64,000 bases of DNA from Mobula hypostoma (Eukaryota): assembly GCF_963921235.1 (NCBI RefSeq), contig NC_086097.1, positions 248,374,001 to 248,438,000 on the forward strand, written 5' to 3'. Positions 27,306 to 39,924 of the stretch are shown here, piece by piece. The notes beneath the pieces are model-generated. The model saw only the letters and a program-made list of their open reading frames with translations. It was not told the DNA's origin and searched no databases. The translations under genes and the position numbers were made by a program. How positions within the stretch are numbered: the stretch's first letter is position 1; the number at the start of each line of letters is the position of its first letter.

Positions 27306-28225
27306 TTCGATGTAATGTAATTTAACTGCTTATAGTTTGCCGTGTGAAGCTGATGGTCTATATGAGGAATCTATTCAAGTGCACCACAGATCTCTGACAA
27401 TCCTGTATAAAACTCCATTGATACAGTCTAACTAGCTCCCAGAAAACAGTGAACTGGTTGGTTCTTCAAAAAGCAATATTGACTGTGAAATAATAACTGT
27501 GAAATAACTCAGTGACTCTCCTCAACTTTGACAGAATACTCATTAGTTAACTTTGGATGGGAGTGTACATTATGTACACAGCACACTCAGGTAGAAGATG
27601 AAAATTTTGTTTTCAAATTTCAACATTGTTTAATGTCAGTTCCGGTGCACAAATGTAAAGGAGAATGAAATAATTGTTAGTCTGGATCTGACGCAGCACA
27701 AAAAAAAAACACAGTAAGGTAAAGAACATAATGAATATAAATATATAAGATGGATTGACTGAATGTCCATAAAGTGACACCAGGCACAGGAGTGTCTGTA
27801 TGTAAGGTGACTCTGACAGGAAATGATAAAGTAGTGGTGGTTGGGGGTGTGGAGGGGTGGGTTAGTGGCTGGAGGTGTTGATCAGCCTCTCTGCTTGGGG
27901 AAAGTAATTGTTTTTGAGTCTGGTGGTCCTGGTGAGGGTTCTATGTAGCCTCCTCCCTGATGGGAGTGGAGCAAACAGTCCATGAGCAGGGTGGTTGGGA
28001 TCCTTCATGATCTTTCTGGCCTTTCTCAGGCACCATTCTCAATGTACGTGGTTGGTGTTGGGAGGCTTCAGCAGAGCAAGAGGAGCTGGTTTTTTGTGAG
28101 CATATTTCTGCATGGATACGTGGGGCATTTAAACATAGTGAAACAAGTGTAGAGGTTCACAGTGCATAATGACAATGGACTAGACATAATGCCTATATTT
28201 AATACTAAATTTTGTTTCTCTCAAG

Positions 28226-28249
28226 GCAAACACAGAACTAGTTCAACCT
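28226..28249 (+). CDS. AMPH: Amphiphysin microexon (ANTELVQP)
   Basis: tttgtttctctcaag acceptor and cct|gtgagt donor; 24 nt. Resembles AMPH TSTDLVQP, which follows PWDLW. Confidence 0.85.
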
Positions 28250-29409
28250 GTGAGTACATTTCCACATTTCCTCCATATTCACACTGTCCTGAAGATGAGC
28301 TCTCCTTAATCTCTCAGAAAATGAAATATTAATTCATTCATCAACTTTAAGAATCAAGTTTATTCATCATGTACAGTACATTTAAGAAATTGCTGTGGTG
28401 TGTTGACTGTGACTAGTTTTTCTCAATATTAATGCTTTCATCCTTAGATAGCTTTCCATAAAATTAATTTGCACTTGTGTAGTGTCCCACTGGTTTCTTA
28501 AGGTTGTTATAACCGAGGGCGGTAATGGGGACAAGCTCCCACTACCTAATAACTGCTCCCCATGGTGTGTGTCTCAACTAGTCTCTGACAACCAAGTCCA
28601 GCTCCTGGCCTATATGTGTGGCTCAGCTACTAAACCCAGCGGAACCATTTCTACTGTCAGGAAAGGGGCAAAGGCAGGTTACTTGTGCCTTAAGACCAGT
28701 CACTTCCGGCAGATGGTTCTCAAAAGCTGTGGTTGGCAGCTCGTCTGGGGGAAGGAAAACTCTGATCTCAAACCTCCGCTGCCTTGGGGCTATACCCACT
28801 CACGGGGAAGGCTTCGGGTGTGAACTCCAAGGGAAAATCTGGAGTTGGAGTCCCTAAGATTAGGATAGAATGGAATAGAACTTTATTTTCATTACTCAAG
28901 ATGAGATTGTGGTGCTACTCCAGACCGTGAAAAACAGATATTTACCATGTATGCAGTACGGCTTAATTAAAAAATTTTAAATGTAGTCGGTCCTACGTTG
29001 AATTCAACGCTGACTGGCAACTCCCGCGACACTGCTGGTACCAAACTGTGTCGGTCTCTGCCATCGGTATTGGTTTATCAGATGTGTGGGGAGGGGTGGG
29101 AGTCTGCTGCTTGGGCAACAGCTTGCTCTCCATATCGTACTGGCCTGGCTTGCGTATGACAGCTAGGACAGAAACATCCAGGGTCGACCCTGACCGAAAG
29201 AAAGCCTCAGTGTCCCTGTCAATGATGAATGAGAATGAAGAGGTGGGGTCTGGAGGGAGAGGGGACCATTTTCAGTCACGTGTCCCAGGGTCGAATGGCA
29301 CCCGCGGGCATTGTTACCCCACAGAGCTAGTTTTATACCCAGGGCTCCTTAAAACCACTCCCTAGAATCCTACTGTCTTAGAAACACCAGAGATTCTACA
29401 GACACTGTA

Positions 29410-30020
29410 CGAGCAGTGATAGCCAAAGGTAGAAGGAGTCAATTTTAGAAAACCTAGCTCATTTATTTTTCCTACATTTACACACTTCGTCCAGCGGTCG
29501 TGGAGCATACGGATCCCTTCTTTGTAGAAGTCGGCATCTTGGACTTCCAGAAGCGGTCCACAGCAGGGGTGATTGGTAAGTTCATGACCTAAGGTAGAAG
29601 CAGATGAGGAGAAACTTCAAACTTTCTGCATGTTTCACTCAAAGAGTTGAACTGCACGTGCACGTAACGAGAGCTGTATAACTCATCTCCTTCTACCTTA
29701 GACCACGAACCTATCAATCGTCCCTGCTAGAGACCACCTGGAGGTCCAAGATGCTCTCGTTACATGCACGTGCAGTTCAACTCTTTGAGTGATAACGCAG
29801 AAAGCTTGAAGTTAGTAACTCATCTCCTCCTACCTTAGGCCACAAACTTACCAATCACCCCTGCTGTGGACCACTTCTACAAAGAAGGGATCCGTATGCT
29901 CCATGACCGCCGGACTAAGTGTGTACATGTAGGAGGGGACTATGTTGAAAACTAAATGTACTAGGTTTTCTGAAATTGACTCCTTCTACCTTAGGCCACA
30001 AACTTATCAATCACCCCTCG
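29410..30020. mobile_element. Mariner-type MITE forming a long fold-back
   Basis: TA-flanked ends tacgagcagtgat / atcacccctcgta. Internal inverted blocks ggagcatacggatcccttctttgtagaag / cttctacaaagaagggatccgtatgctcc and gttgaactgcacgtgca / tgcacgtgcagttcaac. Confidence 0.75.
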
Positions 30021-30035
30021 TAAATCCAGATTAGC

Positions 30036-30229
30036 ACACACAGAATGCTGGAGGAACTCAGCAGGTCAGGCAGCATCTATGGAAAGGAATAAACAGTCGA
30101 TGTTTTGGGCCAAGGCCCTTCTTTAGGACTTGAAGGACAGAAGAGTGTCCTGATGAAGGGTCTCGGCCTAAAATATCGACTGTTTATTCTTATCCATAGA
30201 TGCTGTCTGACCTGCTGAGTTCCTCCAGC

Positions 30230-30238
<9 letters not shown>
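30036..30238. mobile_element. Penelope-derived inverted-repeat element, followed by (GT)n
   Basis: aatgctggaggaactcagcaggtcaggcagcatctatgga and its reverse complement; degenerate ctgatgaagggtctcggcct core. Confidence 0.75.

Positions 30239-30271
<33 letters not shown>
30233..30271. repeat. (GT)n microsatellite
   Basis: About 19 GT dinucleotides. Confidence 0.95.
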
Positions 30272-30272
<1 letters not shown>

Positions 30273-30427
30273 TCTTTTTTAAATCCATATATCCAGTATG
30301 CTTTATTTTATATCTTTTACTTATCTTCTCTGCTGGAAAAACATGATTTTGTTTTGCTTTTTAAAAAAATCATATCTGCTTGTGCTATTGTCTTTTATAT
30401 CTGTCTTCACTCATTTTCTGTCAAAAG

Positions 30428-32011
30428 CCTGAATCTTCAAACAGTCTCTTCTCGGTCTGTGAGCCGGCTGGAGAGGACAACCCAGATGCTGGTGAACCGA
30501 GCAACGTTACTGAATCAGAAGCCAGCCAACAAGGCCTGCTCCAGCGCAGCCTTAACGACACAGGCCTGCTCACTAGCAGCGAGGAAGGGCCTCTGCATGG
30601 CTCTCACCTTGAAGCGTGGCCATGTGCTTGGGAGCAAGAGGCTGTAGACTGCTCAGACGAGAGCACTGCAAGCCCGCTGTGTCGGGCTGGGGAAGAGGAG
30701 CAGAGTACAGTCGTTGCAGAGAGTTGGCTGGAGGATCCGTTAGACCAACAGGTAGACACTGAAGTAATGAGGAGAAGGAGTCGGCCTACAAATCTGTATG
30801 CGGAGCAAGACCTCTGTGTGGATCAGAAGGCATCCTTAACTCCTGTAGTGCCCCAAGACCTAGAACTGGCTAAGGGAGGAAGTGTTAATCTATTTGCACA
30901 GATAGATAATGGATACTATGATTCAATAGTGCAGCCAGGACATGAGCCAGTGCAGGATACAGGTAAGGTTGATGAGGCCAGAACCCATACCACGGAAGCC
31001 CTGGGGCCTGAGGGTGAAGAGCTGAGCTTTGTTGAGAGGCCTCAGAGTGATGACAGTACCAAAAGCCACCATGATAACCTACTCGATGGTCAATGTGCAA
31101 AAGCTAGCATTCTGCCTAACCAGAAAAGTGATTGTATTCCCAATAGTTGGCAGGGTGAGGATGTTCCGTCGCCCTGTGTGGGTGACTGTACCCCAAGCTG
31201 CCAGGAAACGGAGAGGACTGTTTCCGGGAGTGAAGGGGCTCAAATTCTTTCCCTTCAAGGTGACACATTTGGTGTTAGCTGTGAGGAGACAGGCAGCATT
31301 GCACAATCTCAAGATAGAGAGAACCATTCTGAACTTATTAACCCAGAAACCAATACAACAGACGATACAATTGAATCACCGTCACAGATAGGAACCAATC
31401 AAACTGATGAAACCCACACTGAGATCTCAGATGAGAATCAAGCAGACACATTTCACACAGCGACCGACAACGTGATCTCCCCCGAAAACCTGCAGCCGGA
31501 ATCCTGGGACAGAGAAAAGCAGGAGATATGGCCAGAAAACTGGGAACCCAATGTTATCAGCACCGAGTGGGACCTCGGTCTCTTGGGTCTGCCGCAAGGC
31601 CAGAAGAACGGATTTGCCTCATGGCCAACGTTTCAGGAAAACCAAGGGGAGACCGGTAACCCTGACAGAGATGGGGAAGCCCATCTTTGGAGAGGGTGTG
31701 ATGAGGATGCGAGTTTTTACCCTCCACCAGGTTTGTTTGGTAACACAGAGACTGGGAACGTGCTGGGCGGTTCCAGTCAGGACGAGGAAACGCAGAACTT
31801 CCATGGGGACGCTGAAAATGATGGTGATGGAACACGGGCCAGAGATACTCACGCCCCCCAGACTTCCCGCCCCGTAGAGACTTTAAGTAATGCTAGCGAC
31901 GAGAGTCCATCCAGCCTAAAGGAAACAACCCTCTCGGATCTGTCTGAAGATGAGAGCGCAAACCAGAGATACGGACTCTTATACAAGGAACTAGATGCTG
32001 GAAGAGAAGAG
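30428..32011 (+). CDS. AMPH: Large acidic, probably alternative amphiphysin exon (528 codons, PESSNSLF...YGLLYKELDAGREE)
   Basis: Stop-free non-repetitive ORF (track 30380..32050). Long pyrimidine tract plus aag acceptor at 30427 and gag|gtacct donor. 1584 nt, phase 0, in frame with the flanking AMPH exons. Confidence 0.75.
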
Positions 32012-32216
32012 GTACCTTGTCAAGTGTTTAGAGTAGAAAAAACTATTTAGGAGAGACTTTGACTGTAAATACCAGTTTTAGTTTCATTATTTCCCTTGTT
32101 TCAATCTTTCCTTTGTTACCATGCTTGCTTTAGCTTTTCCTTCAGCTGTCGTTGTTTTGTGTCATTCCTCCCACAGGGCAAGACATAATGGCAAATCTGA
32201 TACCTGTATGTATAGA

Positions 32217-32737
32217 GACTCAGTGGCCCCTATATTAGGTGTGGTCTTCTGCTGCTGTGGCTCGTCCACTTCAAATCTGAAAGACCGTGCGTTCCGAGAT
32301 GCTCTTCTGCACGCCACTGTTGGAACTTGCGGTTATGTGAGTTACTGTCGCCTTCCTGTCAGCTTGAACCAGTTTGGCCATTCTCCTCTGACCTCTCCCA
32401 TTGACATGGCGTTTTCGGCCACAGAACTGCTGCTCGCAGGATGCTTTTTTCGTTTTTTGCACCGTTCTCTGTAAACTCTAGAGACAGTTGAGTGTGAAAA
32501 TCCCAGGAGTCCAGCAATTTCTGAGATACTCAAACTACCCTGTCTGGCACCAACAACCATTCAATGGTCAAAGTTACTTAGGTCACATTTCTTCCCCAAT
32601 CTGATGTTTGGTCTCAACAACAACTGAACCTCTTGACCATGTCTGCATGCATTTATGCATTGAGTTGTTGCTATGTGATGGCTGATTAGATATTTACATT
32701 AACGTACGGGCATACCTAATAAAGTGGCCACTGAGTG
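32217..32737. mobile_element. Tc1-like non-autonomous DNA transposon
   Basis: TIRs actcagtggcccctatattagg / cctaataaagtggccactgagtgta. A related partial copy lies at ~62635-62895. Confidence 0.7.
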
Positions 32738-32807
32738 TATATGATTTTCTGATTGATATAGAGAGTGGCCACAGCCCAACTTTTCACTTCTTTTTCTGTT
32801 TATCTAG

Positions 32808-32840
32808 ATGCCCAGTGCTGCATTCAATGGATTCGCACAG
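32808..32840 (+). CDS. AMPH: Amphiphysin exon (MPSAAFNGFAQ)
   Basis: tttttctgtttatctag acceptor and cag|gtaaga donor; 33 nt. Resembles AMPH ASGGSFNGFTQ. Confidence 0.88.
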
Positions 32841-32916
32841 GTAAGACACTTATGGTGAATCACTTCAGAGTTCAAAATACTGTATGTTTATTAGCAAAGT
32901 GTCACTGTATACTAAC

Positions 32917-33160
32917 CGGCTGGTGGCGTAGTGGCATTAGCGCCGGACTCCGGAGTGAAGGCTCCTGAGCTCGAATCCAAGTCGGGCCACCCCCTGAGCA
33001 TACTTTCCATCCGTGCCGGGTTGAGCGTCGAGCTAGCCTCGTAAAAAAAACAAGGGTCGAGTCAGGAACGTTCATATCGTGACCCGGTTAATCCGAAAGG
33101 AGACCAATCCTGACACCACACGCCAGACAAGAATCGCTGACTGTCTGGTGCGACACGCTA
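32917..33160 (+). mobile_element. tRNA-derived SINE
   Basis: A box tggcgtagtgg and B-box-like gctcgaatcc; CpG-rich body. Confidence 0.6.
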
Positions 33161-33648
33161 GGAAGGACCATATACTACCCTGAGGTTCATTTTCTTGTGA
33201 GCAGTCACAGTAGAATACAGAAATACAATAGAATCAATGGCAAGCTACGCATAAAGACTGACAAACAACCAATTTGCAAAAGAAAAAAACTGCAAATAAT
33301 AAAAATATATAAAACTGAGAACTTAAGTTGTGGAGTCCTTGAAGGTGAGTTCATAGGTTGTGGAATCAGTTCAGTGTTGAGGTGAGTGAAGTTATCCACA
33401 CTGGTTCAGGAGCCTGATGGTTGAGGGGTAATAACTGTGCCTGAACCTAGTGATGTAGGTGCTGAGGCTCCCTTACCTCCTTCCCGATGGTAGCAGTGAG
33501 GAAAGAGCATGGCCTGGATGGAGGGTGGCCCTGATGATGGATATTTGGTCACATTTTGGAGCTGGTCAAATGGCCAAATCAGCCTGGTTTTGCTGATACG
33601 TTTTAATAAATTTAATTTTCTAACCTTCTGTTTTGTCTGCCCCAAAAG

Positions 33649-33675
33649 CAGATCAGACAGTTGGGTGAAGGTGAG
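33649..33675 (+). CDS. AMPH: Candidate amphiphysin microexon (QIRQLGEGE), NAGNAG acceptor
   Basis: Branch-like tctaac, pyrimidine tract, aagcag acceptor and gag|gtgagg donor; 27 or 24 nt, frame-preserving. No homology recognised. Confidence 0.4.
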
Positions 33676-34049
33676 GTGAGGGCTAGTCTACCTACCTCTG
33701 TCCGATCTCTCCAGCCAATGGTCCTCCCCACGCGAATCCCTAAACTTGTCTTATTTCTGTTCTTAGATTCAGATTGATTGATCACATGTACATTGAAACA
33801 AATGGATAAATGTGCCAACCAACACAAGGGTGTGCTGAGGGCAGCCCGCAAGTGCCCCTCGGTTAATGGTAGGGGTTAGAGGGAAATGGATCAGCCATGA
33901 TGGAACGGTGGAGCAGACTCGATGGGCCGAATGGCCTAATTCTGCTCTTATGTCTTATGGTGTCATTTTATTTTAATGTGAGGTTCCTAAAGAAGCATGA
34001 GATCACCAAATCAAATGAACAAGTGAATCATAAAGCTTGCGGAAAGCAT

Positions 34050-34345
34050 GGCGGCAGGGTAGAGAAGTGGTTAGCACAATGCTTTACAGTACCGGCGACC
34101 CGGGTTCAATTCCACCGCTGTCTGTGAGGAGTTTGCCCGTTCTCCCCGCGACCGATTGGGTTTCCTCTGGGTGCTCCCATTCCCTCCCACAGTCAAAAGA
34201 CGTACCAGTTAGGAGGTTAATTGGTCATTGTAAATTGTCCCCTGATTAAACTAGGATTAAATTGCCAGATATGCTGGGCTGTGTGGCTGGAAAGGCCAGT
34301 AGGGCCTGTTCGGGCACTGTATCTCAATAAATAAAATAAATAAGT
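34050..34345 (+). mobile_element. V-SINE (HE1-like)
   Basis: tRNA-like head (gtggttagc, ggttcaattcc), V-domain-like ggagtttg..ttctcccc..gggtttcctc.gggtgctcc, and (aata)n tail. Minus-strand copies at ~35830-36075 and ~59750-59985. Confidence 0.7.
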
Positions 34346-34899
34346 AAATAATAAAGGTGAATTAACAAAACAATATGAGAGGCAAGACTGTTGTCGAAAA
34401 CAAGAGATTCTGCAGGTGCTGGAAATCTTAACCAACACACCCAAAGTGCTGGAGGAAGCCAGAGGGTCAGGCAGCATCCATGGTGGGGAATAAACCGTGT
34501 GTTTCAAGCTGACAACTTTTTTGACCTCATTGAAACCTATCAACTATTGAAAGGACTCAATAGAGTGGATGTGGAGAGGATGTTTCTTATGGTGGGAGAA
34601 TGCAGGACCAGAGGACACAGCCTCAGAATAGGAGGATGTCAATTTAGAATAGAAATGAGGAAGAATTTCTTTAGCCAGAGAGTGGTGAATCTGTGGAATG
34701 TGTTGCCACAGCTGGCAGTGGAGGCCAAGTCATTGGGTGTACCTAAGGCAGAGGTTGATAGATTCCTGATTAGTCAGGGCATGGAGAGATAGAGATACGG
34801 GGAGAAGGCAGAAGATTAGGGCTGAGCAGGAAAATGAATCAGCCACAACGATGGGCTAACTGGCATAATTCTACTCCTATATTTTGGGATCTTGTGGTC

Positions 34900-35705
34900 T
34901 TTCATCAGGACTGGAAATGAAAGGGGAAGAAGCCAAAATAAGAAGGTGGGGGGAGGGGAAGATGTACAAGCTGGCAGACAGTAGGACATCGCTTAATCTA
35001 TCTTCTGGTAATATCTCCCCTCTTTACTTCTCTTTTTCCATTCCCCATTCTGGCCCCTCTCTCACTCCTTCTCCTCATCTGATCATTGCTTCTCACTGGT
35101 ACTCCTCCATCTCTTTCTTCCATGATCCAATCAGATTCCTTTATCCTCAGTCCTTTATCTCTTCCAACCTATCACCTCCCAGCTTATTTCATTCCCCCCT
35201 TCCACCTCATCTGGTCTCACCTATCACCTTCAACCTAATAGGGTAAACATTGAGCACTGAATCTAGCTTCTGGTAATTTCTCTCTCCTCCTCCTCCTCTC
35301 TTTTTCCATTCCCTATTCTGGCTCCCCTCTTACCCCTTCTCTTCTCCTCACCTGCCCATCACCTCCCTCTGATTCCCCTCCTCCAACTCCTTCTTCCATG
35401 GTCCATAGTCCTCTCCTATCAGATTCCTTTTTCTTCAGTCCTTTAACTCTTCCAGCCTATCACCTTGCAGCTTCTTATTTCAGCCCCCACTCCCACCCAC
35501 CCAACTTCCCCCTAACATGGTCTCACCTATCACCTTCTAGCTTGTACTCCTCCCATTCCCACCTTTTTATTCTGGCTTCTCCCCCGCCCCCCCCCCCAGC
35601 CCTTCCAGTGTTGATGAAGGGTCTCAGCCTGACATGTTAACTGTTTATTCCCCTCCACAGATGCTGGCTGACCTGCTGAGTTCCTCCAGCATTTTGTGTG
35701 CGTGT
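34900..35705. mobile_element. Penelope 3'/pLTR remnants (C/T-rich)
   Basis: Same C/T-rich 3' region and tgatgaagggtctcagcctga...gctgagttcctccagcattttgtg motif as other copies. Confidence 0.6.
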
Positions 35706-36469
35706 TGTACCAGACCATAGCCAATATTTGAACCAAGTACAAACGTAGTTTGCTGTAAATAATGTAATGTATCCGGGTTAAATACTAAACTAGGACCCAT
35801 TATTTCCAACTGGTTGCTTGTTTAATATTTATTTAGAGAATCACCACGGAAACAGGCCCTTCTGGCCCAACAAGCCTATGCCAGCCAGTCACACCCATGT
35901 GACCAATTAACCTACTGACCTGTATGTCTTTGGAATATGGCAGGAAACCGGAGCACCCAGGGGAAACCCACACGGTCACGTGGAGAACGTACGAACTCCT
36001 TAAAGACAGCAGTGGGAAATGAACCCCAGTTGCAGGCGCTGCAAAGCGACTCGCTAACTGCTACACTACCACCTAAATATTTAGAAACACAAAACCTCCA
36101 GCATAATACAGGCCCTTCAGCCCACAAAGTTGTGCCGATCATGTCCCTACCTTAGAACTACCTAGGCTTTACCCATAGGCCTCTATTTTTCTAAGCCCCG
36201 TGTACATTCTTCAGTTCCAAGCTTCTTCCCCTCTGCCATCAGATTTCTGAATGGAAAATGAACCCATGGACACTCCCTCAGTACATTTGATCTCTGCACT
36301 CCTTATTTCATTTATATATTGAAAACAAGTATATATTTACTTATTGAGATACAGCATGTTACAGGCCCTTCCGACCCTTTGGGCACACCACCCAGCAATC
36401 CCCCGATTTAGCTCTAGCCTAATCACTGGGCAATTTACAATGACCAATTAACAACGCTTTTCTCAACCT

Positions 36470-37460
36470 TATGAGACTAGGTTGAGTGTACTTGGCCTTT
36501 TCTCCTTGGAGTGACAGAGGACGACCTGACAGAGGTGTATAAGATGATGAGAGGCATTGATCGTGTGGATAGTCAGAGGCTTCCCAGGGCTGGAATGGCT
36601 AGCACGAGGGGCATAGTTTTAAGGTGCTTGGAAGTAGATACCGACGGGATGTCAGGGGTAAGTTTTTCACACAGAGAGTGGTGGGTGCGTGGAATGCACT
36701 GCCGGAGGCGGTGGTGGCGGATACAACAGGGTCTTTTAAGAGACTCTTAGATAGGTACATAGAGGTTAGGAAAATAGAGGGCTATGCAGTAGAGAAATTC
36801 TAGGCAATTTCTGGAGTAGGTTACATGGTCGGCATAACATTGTGGGCCGAAGGGCCTGTAACATGCTGTAGGTTTCTATGTTCTATGTTCTATTAACCTA
36901 CCAAACGGTACTGGGAGGGTTAGGGTTGAAAATTGAAAAAAGAGAGCAGTATTAGGCCATTTGGCCTATCAAGTCTGCTCTGCCATTCCATCATGGCTGA
37001 TTTATTTACCCTCTCAAACCCATTCTCTTGTCTTCTCCCCGAAACTTTTGATGCCCTTATTAATCAAGAACCCATCAACCTCCTTTTTAAATATACCCAA
37101 TCACTTGGCCTCCACAGCTATCCGTGGCAACGAATTCCACAGATTCACCACTCCCTGCCTAAAGAATTTCATCCTCATCTCTGTTATAAAGGAGTGTCCT
37201 TCTGTTCTGAGGCTGTGCCCTCTGGTCCTAGACTCTCCCACTGTAGCAAACATCCTCTCCACATCCACTCTGTCTAGGACTTTCAATATTCAATAGGCTT
37301 CAGTGAGATCCCCCATCTTTCTCTTGAATTCCAGTGAGTACAGGCTCAGAGTTATCAAACACTCCTACTACGTTAACCCTTTCATTCCCAGGATCAATCT
37401 CATGAACCACTCTGGACCCTCTCCCATACCAGCACATCCTTCCTTGGATGAAGGGCCCGA
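36470..37460. mobile_element. Two CR1 3' fragments in opposite orientations
   Basis: + strand DLTEVYKMMRGIDRVD with (ttctatg)n tail to ~36893; - strand RTRGHSLR..FFRQGVVNLWNSLP from ~36945. Confidence 0.75.
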
Positions 37461-37862
37461 TCAGATTCTGATTTTGCTATCAACTTGCCCTCATTTGTTT
37501 AAATCTCAGGGGCTGCTTTTCATCCATAGACGTGACTCAGAGGAGACCATGCTGTCTGTCTGAAAGTTAAAAATGTCTTTTTTTAAAATCTTTTTGAAAG
37601 CCTATGGTCCATGAATAAGAGTTCCTGTGGAGAGTGCAACGTTGGAGCTTGTGCAGATGAATATTAATAGTGTCTCCGATAGATGAAAGTACCTTCCAGC
37701 TGTGCTCCTTACACAGTCTGATTAATCTTGACAAGCTATTGCATAGATTAGTTTAATAAGATCACGCCGCCAGTCGTATCTCAGGCCTAGAGAGATATTC
37801 TTCCTCCCCTGTGGTATTCCCTGACTCACTCGTTGCCTTTTTGATGTCTTCACCTATTAAAG

Positions 37863-37925
37863 CTGGATGCTGGTATCACAGGCGGAACCACGGAGCTGCC
37901 CAGTCAAAGCGTGTTTGATACAGTG
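37863..37925 (+). CDS. AMPH: Amphiphysin exon (LDAGITGGTTELPSQSVFDTV)
   Basis: Pyrimidine-rich tract plus aag acceptor and gtg|gtgagt donor; 63 nt, phase 0. Position corresponds to the short exon after FNGFTQ. Confidence 0.65.
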
Positions 37926-38334
37926 GTGAGTCAGATTGTGCCTGTTGCATTTTAATTCCGTCATCCCACCGTTAGGAGTCCTACCCACAAAGGCGATTGT
38001 TGTACACGGTCATGTTGTGCCTTAAAGATCACAAATACTGTGCAAAATCTAAAGTATAATGTATAAATCTCTCGTTCACAACTCTGATGGAGATTCTTTA
38101 ACCTTAAACATTACTGTTTGATGATTGAGAGTTGTTTCAAATCTGTGGTCCTGTGACTCAGCCTTATGGTTAGGGTTACAGATATTTGTGTTTCAGATTA
38201 AAGAATCTTCATTAGAATAGGGAAGGAGAATATAAGTTAGCTTTACACTTGCAAAGATAATTGCATGAGGATGATTTGGACAAAAAGAAACGTGTTTAGT
38301 CACACACCCACAAAACCTGGAGGAACTCAGCACA

Positions 38335-38865
38335 TCAGAATCAGGTTTAATATCATCGGCATATGTCATGAGATTTGTTGTTTTGCAGCAGCAGAACAAT
38401 GCAATACATAATAATAAAACTGCATGAAATACATCTATAAAAGTAGGGAGGTTATGTTCACGGGTTCACTGTCCACTCAGAAAGCTGATGGCGGAGGGGA
38501 AGAAGCTGTCCCTGAAACATTGAGTGTGTGTCTTCAGACTCCTGTACCTCCTCCCTGATGGTGGCAATGAGGAGAGGGCGTGTCCAATGTCCTGGATGCT
38601 GGGGGGGGGGGGGGGCCAGTACCAGTGATGGAGCTGACTGAGTTCACAACTTCCTTCAGCTTATTTGAATCCTGTGCAGTAGCCTCCCCATACCAGGCAG
38701 TGACGCAGCCTGTCAGAACACTCTCCCTGGTACATATGTAGAGATTTGTGAATGTCTTTGGTGACATGCCAAATCTCCTCAGACTCTGAATGAAATACAG
38801 CTGTTGTTGTTCCTCCTTCATAACTGCACTGGTATGTCAGGTCCAGGATAGATCCTCAGAGATAT
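38335..38865 (-). mobile_element. L2/Rex-like LINE 3' fragment
   Basis: QQLYFIQSLRRFGMSPKT..CTRESVLTGCVTAWYG. Related decayed 3' ends at ~33170-33545, ~43505-43920, ~55020-55395 and ~62040-62310. Confidence 0.65.
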
Positions 38866-39744
38866 TCAAAGGTTCAAAGGTACAATTTAATGTCAGAGAA
38901 ATGTATACAATATACATCCTGAAATGCTTTTTCTTCGCAACCATCCATGAAAACAGAGGAGTGCCCCAAGAGCGAACGACAGTTAAATGTTAGAACCCCA
39001 AAGTACCCCCCCCCAGCTCCCGTGCGTAAGTGGCAGTGAGCAACGATCCCCTTCCCCCCCACCAACAAAAATAAAGCACACCCACTACCAGCACTCAAGC
39101 GTGAGCAAAGCGATAGCAAAGACACAGACTTGCAGTTACCCCAAAGACTACATTGTTCACTCGATAATTCGACATGCTGCAGGCTCTCTCTCTCTCCCCT
39201 AACAAGGAAGAAAGAGATGACTCCATTTTCCAACAAGCGGGGAGACATAACAACTCACTGGTTTACAATGTTAAAAGTCCATTATGTCGCTTTTTTTCGA
39301 GCCCTGTGCCTGAAGATCGCAAGGATCCCGGGTCCCCAGGCACACAGCAGATGTTCCAACTCCCCCAACGACACACGGGTCTCCTGTGGCGACACCAACC
39401 CTGATCCACCCGTCTCCAGTTCCACAAGATGCCAGGCTTCAGAATCCGTGCTGAAGTCTTAGGCCAAGCCTTCGGCATGCAGAATAGCAGCCGATTGTGG
39501 AACCCTGAGAGCGGGTCCCATTCCCACAAAGAACCATGGTCAGTGTGTAACTCCAGGTCAGGGTCTTCAAAAGAACCCTGAAAAAGAAAAATAGAGATAT
39601 TAAAGATGGAAATAGAACTGTTTTTGAAGATGCCAGCAAAGGAGTCGCCGTTGGGCGCCATAACTACTCAGCTAGGGAACTGGAAATTGCTCACCCGTTC
39701 TCCTTCTGATTCCTTGTTGAGGACTGACGTGTGTTCCTTCATCT

Positions 39745-39924
39745 ATAGGAAGAGGCGCAGTCGACGTTTCAGGCCGAGACCCTTCGTCATAGTCCTGACG
39801 AAGGGTCTCGGCCTGAAACGTCGACTGCGCCTCTTCCTATAGATGCTGCTTGGCCTGCTGCGTTCACCAGCAACTTTGATGTATGTTGCTTGAATTTCCA
39901 GCATCTGCAGAATTCCTGTTGTTT
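39745..39924. mobile_element. Penelope-derived palindromic insert with perfect 16-bp TSD
   Basis: TSD gtgtgttccttcatct at 39729-39744 and 39925-39940; inverted arms around ~39790. Confidence 0.85.
39791..39826 (+). ncRNA. Minimal type I hammerhead ribozyme motif
   Basis: agtc-CTGACGA-agg gtctcgg cct-GAAA-C-GTC-gact: helix I agtc/gact, short helix II, palindromic ACGT helix III, GUC cleavage triplet. Confidence 0.7.

Noticed and set aside
30380..32050. Stand-alone 556-aa single-exon gene
   Set aside because: It starts at TTG inside a pyrimidine tract and is better explained as an internal AMPH exon with phase-0 splice sites.
32917..32990. tRNA gene
   Set aside because: A/B boxes are present, but there is no convincing cloverleaf and the sequence continues into a SINE-like body.
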